64,000 nt of DNA, taken from assembly GCA_964230645.1 (NCBI GenBank), contig CAXRHT010000003.1:608001-672000 (forward strand). The letters run 5' to 3'. Positions 8,405 through 17,997 of this stretch are shown here, piece after piece (positions within the stretch are counted from its first letter, which is position 1; each line of letters begins with the position of its first letter). Origin of the DNA: Bdellovibrionales bacterium (GTDB lineage Bacteria; Bdellovibrionota; Bdellovibrionia; Bdellovibrionales; JAGQZY01). Made by a program: the position numbers and the translations under genes. The notes beneath the pieces are model-generated. The model was not told the origin of the DNA. It saw only the letters and a program-made list of their open reading frames with translations, and ran no database searches.

Positions 8405-9517
8405 ATGAAATCGCAAGCAAAAAATGTTTTCCTCACTCTCTTTGTTCTGATCACCTTTGGTCTTATCCAAGTTTATTCTTCTAGTTATATCTTTGCTGTG
8501 GATAAATATGGGGATGGTCTGCTTTTTTTTAAAAAACAAATTATTTTCGTTTTAGCGGGACTCTTTCTCATTGGTCTTGTGGTTAAAACTCCTCAGAATT
8601 GGTTGATCCGTTTTGGTTGGATTCCCTGGACAGTTGCTGTCATTGGGCTTCTCTTAACATTTGTACCAGGAATCGGGGTGAGAGTGGGAGGAGCGCAGAG
8701 GTGGATCCCCTTAGCTTTTGGATTTCGCTTTGAGCCCTGTGAACTTATGAAAGTCTCTTTGCCTCTCATCTGTGCCTATTTTCTTTCCCGTCCTGATGAT
8801 CAGTGGGGGAGGTGGACCTGGGTCATTCGTGCCGGTCTAGTGTTGGGCCCCATTGGTGCTCTCCTTTTACAGCCCGACTTTGGCTCCTTTACGATTTGTC
8901 TTATGGTTCTAGCCACTATTCTTTTTGTTTGTGGTCTGCCTTGGCGCTATATTTTTGGTGCACTTATCGTATTGGTTCCGTCTTTTTATTTTCTTGTGAT
9001 GACTGTTCCTTACCGAAAAGCCCGTGTTTTAGCTTTTCTTGATCCATTTAAGAACGCTGAGTCCAGTGGGTTCCAGTTGATTCAAAGTATGATCAGTTTT
9101 CAATCGGGTGGGGTCAATGGTGTGGGTATTGGCAACGGCCAAGGAAAGCTGTTTTTTCTCCCTGCCGCTCACACCGACTTCACCCTGGCAGTATTAGGAG
9201 AAGAACTTGGTTTTATTGGTTTTATTCTTTTATTAAGTGCCTATGGCTTCTTAATATGGAAGTCCTTCCAACTGGCCTTCTCATTAAAGACTCTTGAAAA
9301 ACAAGTGCTAGCACTTGGTCTTACCGTCACCTTCGCCTACTCTATATTTGTGAATGTCGGAGTGACGTTGGGGCTTCTACCAACAAAGGGTCTCACCCTG
9401 CCATTTCTGAGTTATGGAGGAAGTTCTCTGCTAATTAATTGCTTTCTTTTCGCCATACTTTTGAACCTTTTTATTAACTATCAAAAGCCTCCGGCAAGAC
9501 GAGTCCGTCGCCGTTAA
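8405..9517 (+). CDS. ftsW: Peptidoglycan polymerase FtsW (SEDS family)
   Basis: Multi-TM protein; GAQRWI, LQPDFG, LPAAHTDF, GEELGF, PTKGLTLPFLSYGGSS; start moved to ATG 8405. Confidence 0.95.
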   Translation: MKSQAKNVFLTLFVLITFGLIQVYSSSYIFAVDKYGDGLLFFKKQIIFVLAGLFLIGLVVKTPQNWLIRFGWIPWTVAVIGLLLTFVPGIGVRVGGAQRWIPLAFGFRFEPCELMKVSLPLICAYFLSRPDDQWGRWTWVIRAGLVLGPIGALLLQPDFGSFTICLMVLATILFVCGLPWRYIFGALIVLVPSFYFLVMTVPYRKARVLAFLDPFKNAESSGFQLIQSMISFQSGGVNGVGIGNGQGKLFFLPAAHTDFTLAVLGEELGFIGFILLLSAYGFLIWKSFQLAFSLKTLEKQVLALGLTVTFAYSIFVNVGVTLGLLPTKGLTLPFLSYGGSSLLINCFLFAILLNLFINYQKPPARRVRRR

Positions 9518-9675
9518 ATAAATATAATTTCAATGACTTGAAGTGGGTCGATCGGCCCACCTGAATAAAGTTTAAACAGTCGTGAAAAGACTTCCTTGTG
9601 AAAGAATAGCGCTTAAATTCTTTCATTTCTACTGTCATAAATGGTGAAAACTAAAAGGTGGTCGGTGTGATTTTT

Positions 9676-10785
9676 ATGTCTTCGAGATATCGTTTCGGTG
9701 TCGTTTCTGTTGTCGTTCTTTTGATTTCTATTTCTTCCTATGCGAACGAGCCTCAAGGGGACGTTCAATTTGATAAAGGACATCCACAAATTAACGAAAA
9801 AGTGGAGACGTTTGCTAACGCTGTGGCTCAGGCTTTTTTCTCAGACTTCAGTGAAAGCCAGGTGAACTTTCAAAGAACTCCAGAAGGCCTTATTGTTAAT
9901 GAAATGGGTCAGGGGCGATTGTTTGGTCAGTATCAGGGTCTTCTTGAAAAAGAGGGAGAGTCTTCCGAGGTGATGGCCGATTTCTCCATTCAGATGGGTA
10001 TCGAACAGGAACGTCAGCGTGAGTACGAAATTCACGTGGGTGCCAGTGGCGAGATTTCAAATCCTACTCTTTTTATGAATAATTACCTGAACCAAATCGC
10101 CTCTCAATGCGGAGGCTTTCGCCTCACTCAAAGACCTGTTCAACAACGCTACCTTTGTGATTCAATCGCTCAAGAGGAAGATCTCCTGAGTGATAACACT
10201 ACAGCTCCTCAAAAAGCCGCCCGAATCGCAGGAATCATGAAACAAGGCTTACTCTCTGAAATCGAAGCAATGACGGATCGAAGGCTAGAGCCTATTAAGG
10301 CAGAGTTTCTGGCTTTTGTTTCAGACAATATAACGATTACAGAAAACCCTGAGGAAACTCTTATTCAGGTAACCATGGGTGGGCTGGCTTCAAATTTTAG
10401 AGACGATGCTGGACTTTTTCTAAATGATCACGACTTAATTGATTACTCTTACGACCTTATCGAAATTCGTGTCAGTGAGGCATCCATTCAGTTTAACTAT
10501 CATATGATTAAGTACCATGTGATCTCGGCTTTCGACACGGCCATGATGGGTCTTGGCCAAATGCAAGGAACCCTTGAAAACCCAAACATTGGCCAATCCA
10601 TTGGAGAGGGAATTCGCGGTGAACAAGGGATAAAGGAAGCCATCCGCAGTAACGCTCGCTGGAGAGATCTGATCTCTTCAGTGGGTGTAGTAGGAATGGA
10701 TCTTCTTTTTGGAGGCGAAGACAATAATAGCGAAGCGGAGGAAGGTCTCGACTCTCCTGAGCTTGAAGAGCTAGGGCTGGACTAA
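9676..10785 (+). CDS. Secreted hypothetical protein, first gene of the PBP operon
   Basis: Signal peptide ending SYA; stop lies 2 bp before the PBP start. Confidence 0.75.
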   Translation: MSSRYRFGVVSVVVLLISISSYANEPQGDVQFDKGHPQINEKVETFANAVAQAFFSDFSESQVNFQRTPEGLIVNEMGQGRLFGQYQGLLEKEGESSEVMADFSIQMGIEQERQREYEIHVGASGEISNPTLFMNNYLNQIASQCGGFRLTQRPVQQRYLCDSIAQEEDLLSDNTTAPQKAARIAGIMKQGLLSEIEAMTDRRLEPIKAEFLAFVSDNITITENPEETLIQVTMGGLASNFRDDAGLFLNDHDLIDYSYDLIEIRVSEASIQFNYHMIKYHVISAFDTAMMGLGQMQGTLENPNIGQSIGEGIRGEQGIKEAIRSNARWRDLISSVGVVGMDLLFGGEDNNSEAEEGLDSPELEELGLD

Positions 10786-10787
10786 GC

Positions 10788-13700
10788 ATGGACAATTTTA
10801 TCGTTTTAATGGTGGCCGCTCTCGTTTCCCTCCACCAGTATTTACCGGAGGATTCTGAGACCACACACAAGTATTATAACAATGTGGAGCAAATGCAGCG
10901 TCTGGATATTCTCCCTGCCGCAAATCAGTCTTGTCTTTACCTCTACAATTTATCAAAAACAGCGGGGATCGAAACCTTTGGAGCCGATGGAGCGTTGGGA
11001 ATCGCCGCGGGAACCCTTCTAGAACAAGGAGACGGACTGGGAGCCGCTCTTTCGTTGCTTGAATCAGATGCTATGGCAGAAAAGCTAGAGTCACGGGGTC
11101 TTAATCCAAGTGAGCTAAAAAACTTTTTTACTCGTTTATGTAATCCTGAATTCGATCCCTATAGCTTACCACAAGATTTAGAGTCTAAGGTGGAAGATTT
11201 CTTAAAAAATGAGATTCAAGTGCTTGATCAGCAGGACATTCACTCTCTAGGAAACTTTCAAGTCTACGGCGGCGTTGAAGTTTACGACAGTCAACTTCAG
11301 CCGGTAGGCATCCAAGGCGTGATGGAGAGAAAGTGGACGCCTTATAATGAAATCGGTCATGGTCTCTTTATTAGCTTGTTGGCGGCTGAAGATGAGCAAT
11401 TTTTTAGTCACGATGGGGTGAACACTCTTTCAGTAGCAAGGATTATAAAAGAAGCCCTTTCCAGTGACTCTGCCTCTGGTGGTTCCACCGTTACAATGCA
11501 GCTTCTTAAAAACCTTTACTTTGATAATTGGAAACCCTCAGAGATCGCCGAGTACAATCAGGGACAACTTGAAGATGTTTTGAGAAAGGTGAGAGAGTGG
11601 TATTGGTCGAAATCTTTTGAGCAAAATTTTAAAAGCGAGCAAAATCCTCTAGCTCATAAAGAAAAGGTTCTAGAGCTTTATTTTAACCTGGTGAATTTTG
11701 GCTTGGGTGTTCAAGGTATCCATCAGGCCTCCCAATTTTATTTCGGAAAAAGACCCAAAAACTTATCGGTCGCAGAGTCGGCTTATCTAGTGAGTTTGTT
11801 AAAAAGGCCGGCTTTTTATTCCGAGCCGGAAAACTATTTGGCTTGGACCAAGCCAAGACGTGATGACTATATTATCAATCGAATTGTTGAGATCTGCCAG
11901 CAAGCGGGCGATCAGGCACGTCCTCAAGGGGCTTTAAAGCTTATCGATCTTTGTAAAAGCACGGATATGGATAGCCCGGAAGAGGAAGAGATTGCCTCGA
12001 TAAAATCCGAACCTCTTCCTTTGTGGAGACCTTACGAATTGCCACAGGTAGAGCTTGCTGAGAGCGATTTGCCAGAAGCTTCACCGATTGCTGTCAATTT
12101 CACAGCCTCATTAACGCAAGGCTCAGCAGACTCCGAGTCGACAACGGAAGCTCATATTCCTTTTCTTCGACAAGCGGATAAAGTCGTTCAGCGAATAGTG
12201 ACCGAGAACCCTGGTATGCACAAAGAGTTGAAGGTTAAGACCACGATGGACTCTGAGCTGCAAAAAATTGTTTACTCTGCTGTTAGAGACAAATTGGATG
12301 CCTACGATCGGGAGCGCTCTTCGAGTCGATACATAAGACCTGCCAACGATGACCGAGGTCAGAGGGCCCGTCTTCGCAAAGAAGATTTAGGTTTTCGCTT
12401 TCTCTATAATATCGATCGTTTCACGACAAAACACTGGCGTCCTGATTATCGACTCCTTTTTAATGTGACTTTAAGTGCCGCTCGCACCAAGGAGATCACT
12501 CTTGAGCTTGCAAGTCTTGAGAGTGCTTTTATCAGTGTGGGCTTGAGTGAAGAGGCTAGCGACAAAGCTCAAGACGTTCTTAGGCAGCTTTTGTCGAACT
12601 CTAGGGATGTTGGCCAAGTGGATTTTGTAGAAATCACCCCCGAGGGAGGGCGCGTTCTTTCGCCACAGGAAGTGTTAGCTTCTCTGGACCTTTCGGAAAG
12701 TGAAGCCGAAGAGTTTCGAGAGTATTATTCCACAGGGTCAGTAGGACAAAATCTTATTCAAAACTCCCTCAACCGACTGAATCGTTACAAACAGAGAAAA
12801 GATCTCGATCCGATTGTACGTACCGAAGAGGGCGAATTTCTCACAACCGGTGGTCGGTCTGTCGAATTGAGCTCCTCTTCTCGCCAGAGAGCCAGTGAAC
12901 TCTCCCAAGGCAAAACCACATTTTTCTGGGGCGAGGCTTCTGGAGAAGACGGGTCCTCCTACAGTCTTGCGGCTCCCAAACTGCAAGCGGCGGTACTTGT
13001 TGTCGATAGTCAGACAGGAAAAGTCCTCGCTAATTTCGCGGGCTATGAAGCCGAAGCTGCTTTTTTTGACCGAAGCCTAGAGATGCAGAGACAGTATGGA
13101 TCGGCCCTAAAACCTTGGGTGTATTATCTCGCTTTAGAAAATGGTTTGAGTTTATCGACCACCCTTATTAACTCTTACGTAGAGTTCCCTTACGCTAACG
13201 GCACGAAGACCTACCGTCCAAGAAACTTTTCCTCTGGCACAACAACCCACGTTTCTTTACAAAACGCTATGATTAGCTCTTATAACATTGCCACTTATAG
13301 CCTATTAAAAACACCGGGTTGGGATGGGGAACTTCACTGGAGAGAGCGTTTTAATCAGCTGCGAAGTTTATTAGAAGATGTTGGCATATACGAAGAAACT
13401 GAAAACCAAATTCCTGTTGTTTTAGGAGCGCAAGTCTCCACTCTGCAAAAACTTGTGGATAGTTACACTTATTTTTCCAACGGATCAGAAATTAAGAAAA
13501 GTTATATGGTTGAAGGTATTGAAGACTACTTTGGAAACACTCTTTATCAACATCAGCCAGAGTCAATTGGCGTTCCTTCCAGACGAAGTTATTCTTTAAG
13601 AGATCTTCAGGAAATTTTAGCAAAAGTTGCCAACCGAGGAACGGCAGCGAGGTTGCGCAATTTTACGCGCCAGCTCTCGGACGGTCGTTTTCGAAGCCTT

Positions 13701-14219
13701 TGTTTCAATGGTGAGATTGGGAGTGACTACCAAACTTGTTTTGGTGGTAAAACAGGAACCTCCAATGATGGGCGCGACACTTGGTTTATGGGACTGAGTA
13801 AAAACTTTGTGATCGGTGTTTGGGTTGGTTACGATGATTTTCAGGCAATCCCAGGTAGCGCGACGGGCGGACAACTGGCTCTCCCCATTTTTATGGACAT
13901 CGTAGAGCAAGGAATTGATCATCTTCCCGAAGTGGCCCCTTTTGTAACCAGCGGTGGATTTCGCTCTCTTAGTGATGGAAATTTTAATATCTCAACAGAG
14001 AGTCTCTGGGACCAAGATTCTAATTTTGAACCCTCTGGTGGAGCTTTGGCGGACCGTTGTTTTTGTCAGCGGGTCACCAATGAGTCCGGTCTGACTTTAG
14101 GTTACCGAATCGTATCAAGAGCCCAGCCCAACTTTATCAGTGAAATATACAACTATGTGGGTGAGTGCATGATGGATAAAAGTCAGCTTGTCAGCCAAGG
14201 GAGTTTGAGATGTCAGTAA
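10788..14219 (+). CDS. Large class A penicillin-binding protein (GT51 transglycosylase + transpeptidase) with long insertions
   Basis: EDEQFFSHDG, GGSTVTMQLLKN, RKVRE, KVLELYFN; transpeptidase SALK (SxxK), SYN, KTG. Confidence 0.92.
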   Translation: MDNFIVLMVAALVSLHQYLPEDSETTHKYYNNVEQMQRLDILPAANQSCLYLYNLSKTAGIETFGADGALGIAAGTLLEQGDGLGAALSLLESDAMAEKLESRGLNPSELKNFFTRLCNPEFDPYSLPQDLESKVEDFLKNEIQVLDQQDIHSLGNFQVYGGVEVYDSQLQPVGIQGVMERKWTPYNEIGHGLFISLLAAEDEQFFSHDGVNTLSVARIIKEALSSDSASGGSTVTMQLLKNLYFDNWKPSEIAEYNQGQLEDVLRKVREWYWSKSFEQNFKSEQNPLAHKEKVLELYFNLVNFGLGVQGIHQASQFYFGKRPKNLSVAESAYLVSLLKRPAFYSEPENYLAWTKPRRDDYIINRIVEICQQAGDQARPQGALKLIDLCKSTDMDSPEEEEIASIKSEPLPLWRPYELPQVELAESDLPEASPIAVNFTASLTQGSADSESTTEAHIPFLRQADKVVQRIVTENPGMHKELKVKTTMDSELQKIVYSAVRDKLDAYDRERSSSRYIRPANDDRGQRARLRKEDLGFRFLYNIDRFTTKHWRPDYRLLFNVTLSAARTKEITLELASLESAFISVGLSEEASDKAQDVLRQLLSNSRDVGQVDFVEITPEGGRVLSPQEVLASLDLSESEAEEFREYYSTGSVGQNLIQNSLNRLNRYKQRKDLDPIVRTEEGEFLTTGGRSVELSSSSRQRASELSQGKTTFFWGEASGEDGSSYSLAAPKLQAAVLVVDSQTGKVLANFAGYEAEAAFFDRSLEMQRQYGSALKPWVYYLALENGLSLSTTLINSYVEFPYANGTKTYRPRNFSSGTTTHVSLQNAMISSYNIATYSLLKTPGWDGELHWRERFNQLRSLLEDVGIYEETENQIPVVLGAQVSTLQKLVDSYTYFSNGSEIKKSYMVEGIEDYFGNTLYQHQPESIGVPSRRSYSLRDLQEILAKVANRGTAARLRNFTRQLSDGRFRSLCFNGEIGSDYQTCFGGKTGTSNDGRDTWFMGLSKNFVIGVWVGYDDFQAIPGSATGGQLALPIFMDIVEQGIDHLPEVAPFVTSGGFRSLSDGNFNISTESLWDQDSNFEPSGGALADRCFCQRVTNESGLTLGYRIVSRAQPNFISEIYNYVGECMMDKSQLVSQGSLRCQ

Positions 14220-16891
14220 AATCTTTGTTTGTTGTTTTGCTTTCTCTTGTTCCGCTTAAGCTCTGGGCCAATGTGACTTTCCAAACCGATGGATGTCAGA
14301 TGGAAATTCCGGTGGAACTTTCAGGCGAGGAACCTGAAACGAGTAGTTCTATTTCTATAGTTTTGGAGTCGAGTCTCAAAAAAGTTGCTAAAATACAATG
14401 GAACGCTCCCGTAGGTGCTGAATTCTCCAAAGCCCAGATTTCATGGCCTGAGGTTGATTTTGTCGATAGCCGAGGAGAAATTTTTTTTAGTCCCGCTTAT
14501 CATGATCGATTAAGGGAAAGCATTCTCACTCCTTACGAACTTTTAAAAAAAGAGGGCGCGGTCTTCGAAGCTCCTTTCTGGGGGTTTGCAAGAGTTCAAA
14601 GTTTTTTCACTCTTTTGCACTCCCAGGAATCTTTTTTACTTGAGCTTTTGAACAACGACGGAGAGGTGCAGCAGTCTGTGGAAGTTTCCCTTAGAGGCAG
14701 TGATCTCGCTTTTAGAAATATTGCTCACCTTTGCTTTCCTCTAAAATCACAGTCCTACTTAGAGGGAGTCACTAGAAAACAAGGGGTGGGGCTTTCTTGG
14801 GAAAACTCTTATGGGGTTTTGGACTATGACCTCATCCAGTCTTTTTCTAGAGAACTCTTCCTTCGTACAATGAATGGTCAAGACTTCGAGGCTCTCTCGT
14901 CAATTCTCAATCGCTTTTCTCAACTGAATCAAGACCAACAGTCTCTTGAGTCCTCCAGCTACTCGGCTTTTTTAAATCAACTGGATCCTCTTGCCTCCCG
15001 CTTAAATGTTGTCAAAGACTCGATCCAAAGCCTGCAAGGAAGGGGAGGGGAACTCGCTTCCTTGGATCTAAAAATCAAAAACGCCAGTGAAGAGATTGAA
15101 AATTTGAGAGCGCAAATTCAAGTTGTTCAAGGTGAGAACGCTCAACTTGAACAACGCCTTCAAAGTTCCACCGAGGAGTTTTCAGAGCTTTCGATTTCTT
15201 TAGCTCTCATTGATGCAGAAATGTCTTCGGTCCGTCGTCAACTCATAGAGGCTAGCGAAAAGCTTCAAGATTTGACCCATCTTTCCTCCCATGAACTGGT
15301 GGGGGATTATGTGACAAGCCAATCGGCCGTTTCTGGTGTTGACCAGTTCACCAAGGTTTTCGATCAAGTGACAGCCATTGAAATGAATGAACAAAGAAAA
15401 GAGCAAGGCCTAGAAGTGGCTCAGATGGCAGAAACACTGCAAGAAGAACTGGATGGCTTAACCCAGATTCATTCCACTCTAATGGACCAGCGTCGAGCGC
15501 TCATGAGCATCCGCTCTCAAATCACACAAGCTCAAGGAGAGCTTCGCGATCAGCTTGACGTACTGGACATCCTCAATGGTCAGTACTACGGCTTAAGCTT
15601 TGAAACACTTCAGCCTTTGCTGGCTCAAGAAAGAGAGAGTCTTAGTGAGCCTTCAAAAATCTTTGAGGCCCAAGTCTTTGTTGCCGAAGTTAGACAGAGC
15701 TACGAAATTTATGACAATAAGTTGCTTGAGGTCGGAAGAGAGTTAAATAACAGTGAGCTTTTGTCCCATTTGGTTTGCTCAACAGAGTCTCTAAAAAATG
15801 ACTTTATGGGAAGCTGTTTAGACCCTCGCCATTTAGAAAACCAGGCTCGCGTGGAAGATTACCTCAATGGGCTCAGTTCGGCTGATCTTGAGAGGCTCGG
15901 TGAGTGGTTAGGGCAGAGCCAGAGTGTGTTCAACCAGCAAAATTTTAAAGAGGAAATCGCTTTAGAGTGGGCGATCCTAGTAAGTCTAATTCCTGTTGAT
16001 GAGCTGATTCAGAAATGGGAAGCGGTTCTCTACGCGCGCTGGAAATTCTTTAAAGCCAGAGATCTTAAGTTTAATCAAGTCAGTTTGGACTCTTTAGAGG
16101 AGGTTTTATTGCAGATTCGTGATGAGATTTCGTTAAAGGAGGAGGCCATAGGGAGCCGTCAGGCTGACATAGTAGGTCTTGAGACTCGTTTCCAGCTTCA
16201 AAGTCGCAGCTTTGAGCAGCAAGAAGAGCATTTTTTCAGTAGCGCCTCGGCTGTTTACTCGAGAATTCTGTCACAGATTCAGAGTCTTCCCACAAGTCAT
16301 TTTCAATGTTTTACCCGGGAGAGTTTGCCACTCAATTGTAGAGAGTCCTTAGCCTCGGTCGGAGAAACCATCCGCCTTAATCAAGAAGCCCTCAATGAGG
16401 AAAGAGAGCAATTGATTGCCAGTCTTCAGTCTTCCTATATGGCAACATTTAGTTACCTAACTCAAACTCTGGAAGAGACCCGTCAAAGGCAGCAAGAAGT
16501 CTCCACCCAACGTCAGAACTTTATTCAAACCCACGATCTGAGAGCCAAAGAGTCTCTTTTAGAAACTCTTCGCCATCAAAAAGAGGAAATCACTCAGGAG
16601 CTAGAAAACCTTATGGCACAAAAAGAACAACAAGCCGAACTTTTAGAAAGTTCAACAGCGATGCAAAGTCACCGTCAAAAATATTTAGTGAGATTTCTGA
16701 TTGAAAGAGCGCAATTGATTCAAGAAATAGTTCCTCTTGAAAATCAGTTGGCTGACTATTGTGAGGAGATCTCTGGACTGGAAGAGCGTTGGGAAGAGCT
16801 GATCGAACAGAGCCAGCAAGACCTTCAATTAAATGATGTCAAGCCAAGCTCTCTTCGCCAATTAAGACAGCGTTGCCAACTTTCCCTTTAG
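14210..16891 (+). CDS. Secreted long coiled-coil protein
   Basis: Signal peptide, extensive L/E/Q heptads; start overlaps the PBP end. Confidence 0.8.
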   Translation: MSVKSLFVVLLSLVPLKLWANVTFQTDGCQMEIPVELSGEEPETSSSISIVLESSLKKVAKIQWNAPVGAEFSKAQISWPEVDFVDSRGEIFFSPAYHDRLRESILTPYELLKKEGAVFEAPFWGFARVQSFFTLLHSQESFLLELLNNDGEVQQSVEVSLRGSDLAFRNIAHLCFPLKSQSYLEGVTRKQGVGLSWENSYGVLDYDLIQSFSRELFLRTMNGQDFEALSSILNRFSQLNQDQQSLESSSYSAFLNQLDPLASRLNVVKDSIQSLQGRGGELASLDLKIKNASEEIENLRAQIQVVQGENAQLEQRLQSSTEEFSELSISLALIDAEMSSVRRQLIEASEKLQDLTHLSSHELVGDYVTSQSAVSGVDQFTKVFDQVTAIEMNEQRKEQGLEVAQMAETLQEELDGLTQIHSTLMDQRRALMSIRSQITQAQGELRDQLDVLDILNGQYYGLSFETLQPLLAQERESLSEPSKIFEAQVFVAEVRQSYEIYDNKLLEVGRELNNSELLSHLVCSTESLKNDFMGSCLDPRHLENQARVEDYLNGLSSADLERLGEWLGQSQSVFNQQNFKEEIALEWAILVSLIPVDELIQKWEAVLYARWKFFKARDLKFNQVSLDSLEEVLLQIRDEISLKEEAIGSRQADIVGLETRFQLQSRSFEQQEEHFFSSASAVYSRILSQIQSLPTSHFQCFTRESLPLNCRESLASVGETIRLNQEALNEEREQLIASLQSSYMATFSYLTQTLEETRQRQQEVSTQRQNFIQTHDLRAKESLLETLRHQKEEITQELENLMAQKEQQAELLESSTAMQSHRQKYLVRFLIERAQLIQEIVPLENQLADYCEEISGLEERWEELIEQSQQDLQLNDVKPSSLRQLRQRCQLSL

Positions 16892-17772
16892 TGGATAAGA
16901 AGTTTCATACAAAAAACAGAGCCTCCGGATTTAATATATTCGGAGGTATCCACTTCATGGATACGGAAGCCTTCGGCTTGAAGGCGCTCATTGGTTTTTT
17001 TAGCCCCTTGCTGAATAATGATATCCTTGCCATTCGGGCAGCAGAGGTTACAAGCTAGCTGCTTTACCGCTTCTTCAAGAGGAATTTCAATTAAAGTTTT
17101 AAAATTCTTTTTGATTTTATCTAAGCCCGCTTGCGAGAAGGCCTCTTTTACAAAGGCGACTTTGCCATTTCCAAGAGGTGAGAAGCAGGTGTCAAGATGG
17201 TAGAAACGCTCATTAATAAGTTCGAGTTGAATAATTTCTTGGCCGAGAAGCTCTTCCATTTTTGGATAGATTTCATGGGAAGTGCGAATGCCATACCCGC
17301 CGTAAACCTTCTCTGTAGAATAATCCCAGATAACGTCTCCCATTCCCTCTAAAGGAATGTCTCCGAGTTTGTGGGTGGGGATTTGATGACTCTCCGCCCA
17401 CTCTTTGAAAAAGGGAACTTCTGGTTTTCTTTGCTCCGAGTGCATTTCACTAAGGATCAAATTCAATTGCCCATTCTTTTTAAATGGAAAACATTGGTTG
17501 GCGCAAAAAACCATATCTGGAAGGTTTTCACGCCCTGGCATCACTTCGATTTCAAGTTGCAAACTTTCAAAAGTTTGTTTGAGTTTTTCCCACTGCTGAC
17601 GCGCTTTTTTGGTATCAACGGATTTCAGCTCTCCTTTGTTGTTAATCATATGGGGGTTGATGGCATATTCGATATCAAAGTAATCAGGGCTGACCATAAG
17701 TACTTTTTTCGGCCACAACATCACATCCTCCGGGGCGCCAGCATTACTAAAACAATCATCAAATAACTTCAT
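16888..17772 (-). CDS. Pentein / amidinotransferase family enzyme (dimethylargininase or arginine dihydrolase-like)
   Basis: YAINPHM, PDMVFCAN, EGMGD, FYHLDTC, GGSVFCM (Asp/His/Cys); ATG 17772 lies 8 nt after TAGGAG. Confidence 0.9.
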   Translation of the reverse strand: MKLFDDCFSNAGAPEDVMLWPKKVLMVSPDYFDIEYAINPHMINNKGELKSVDTKKARQQWEKLKQTFESLQLEIEVMPGRENLPDMVFCANQCFPFKKNGQLNLILSEMHSEQRKPEVPFFKEWAESHQIPTHKLGDIPLEGMGDVIWDYSTEKVYGGYGIRTSHEIYPKMEELLGQEIIQLELINERFYHLDTCFSPLGNGKVAFVKEAFSQAGLDKIKKNFKTLIEIPLEEAVKQLACNLCCPNGKDIIIQQGAKKTNERLQAEGFRIHEVDTSEYIKSGGSVFCMKLLIH

Positions 17773-17783
17773 AACATTCACTC

Positions 17784-17870
17784 CTACTCAGTCACGTCCG
17801 CTCGATCTGTGCGATGGGTTGATAAAAATTTAAATACGGGAAGTCCGGACTTGGAGGACTTCAGCGGCAA
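17784..17870 (-). CDS. Putative 28-aa leader peptide MPLKSSKSGLPVFKFLSTHRTDRADVTE
   Basis: TTG start 7 nt after AAAGGT; TAG stop overlaps the downstream TAGGAG RBS; upstream TTGATG-N16-TATAAC promoter with TGn. Confidence 0.45.
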   Translation of the reverse strand: MPLKSSKSGLPVFKFLSTHRTDRADVTE

Positions 17871-17997
17871 TAGATAGACCTTTGTGATAAATCTACGCTT
17901 CGCGTTATAGCAAAGGGCGACGCATCATCAAAAGAGCCATGACGAACCTGTGGGATCTGGTGTAGGAGCTACTTATTCCATAGGGGGGAAATTACAT

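Noticed and set aside
17782..17900. Known guanidine or other riboswitch upstream of the amidinotransferase
   Set aside because: No recognisable ykkC, mini-ykkC (ACGR loops) or guanidine-III consensus by eye; an Rfam scan would be needed to exclude fully
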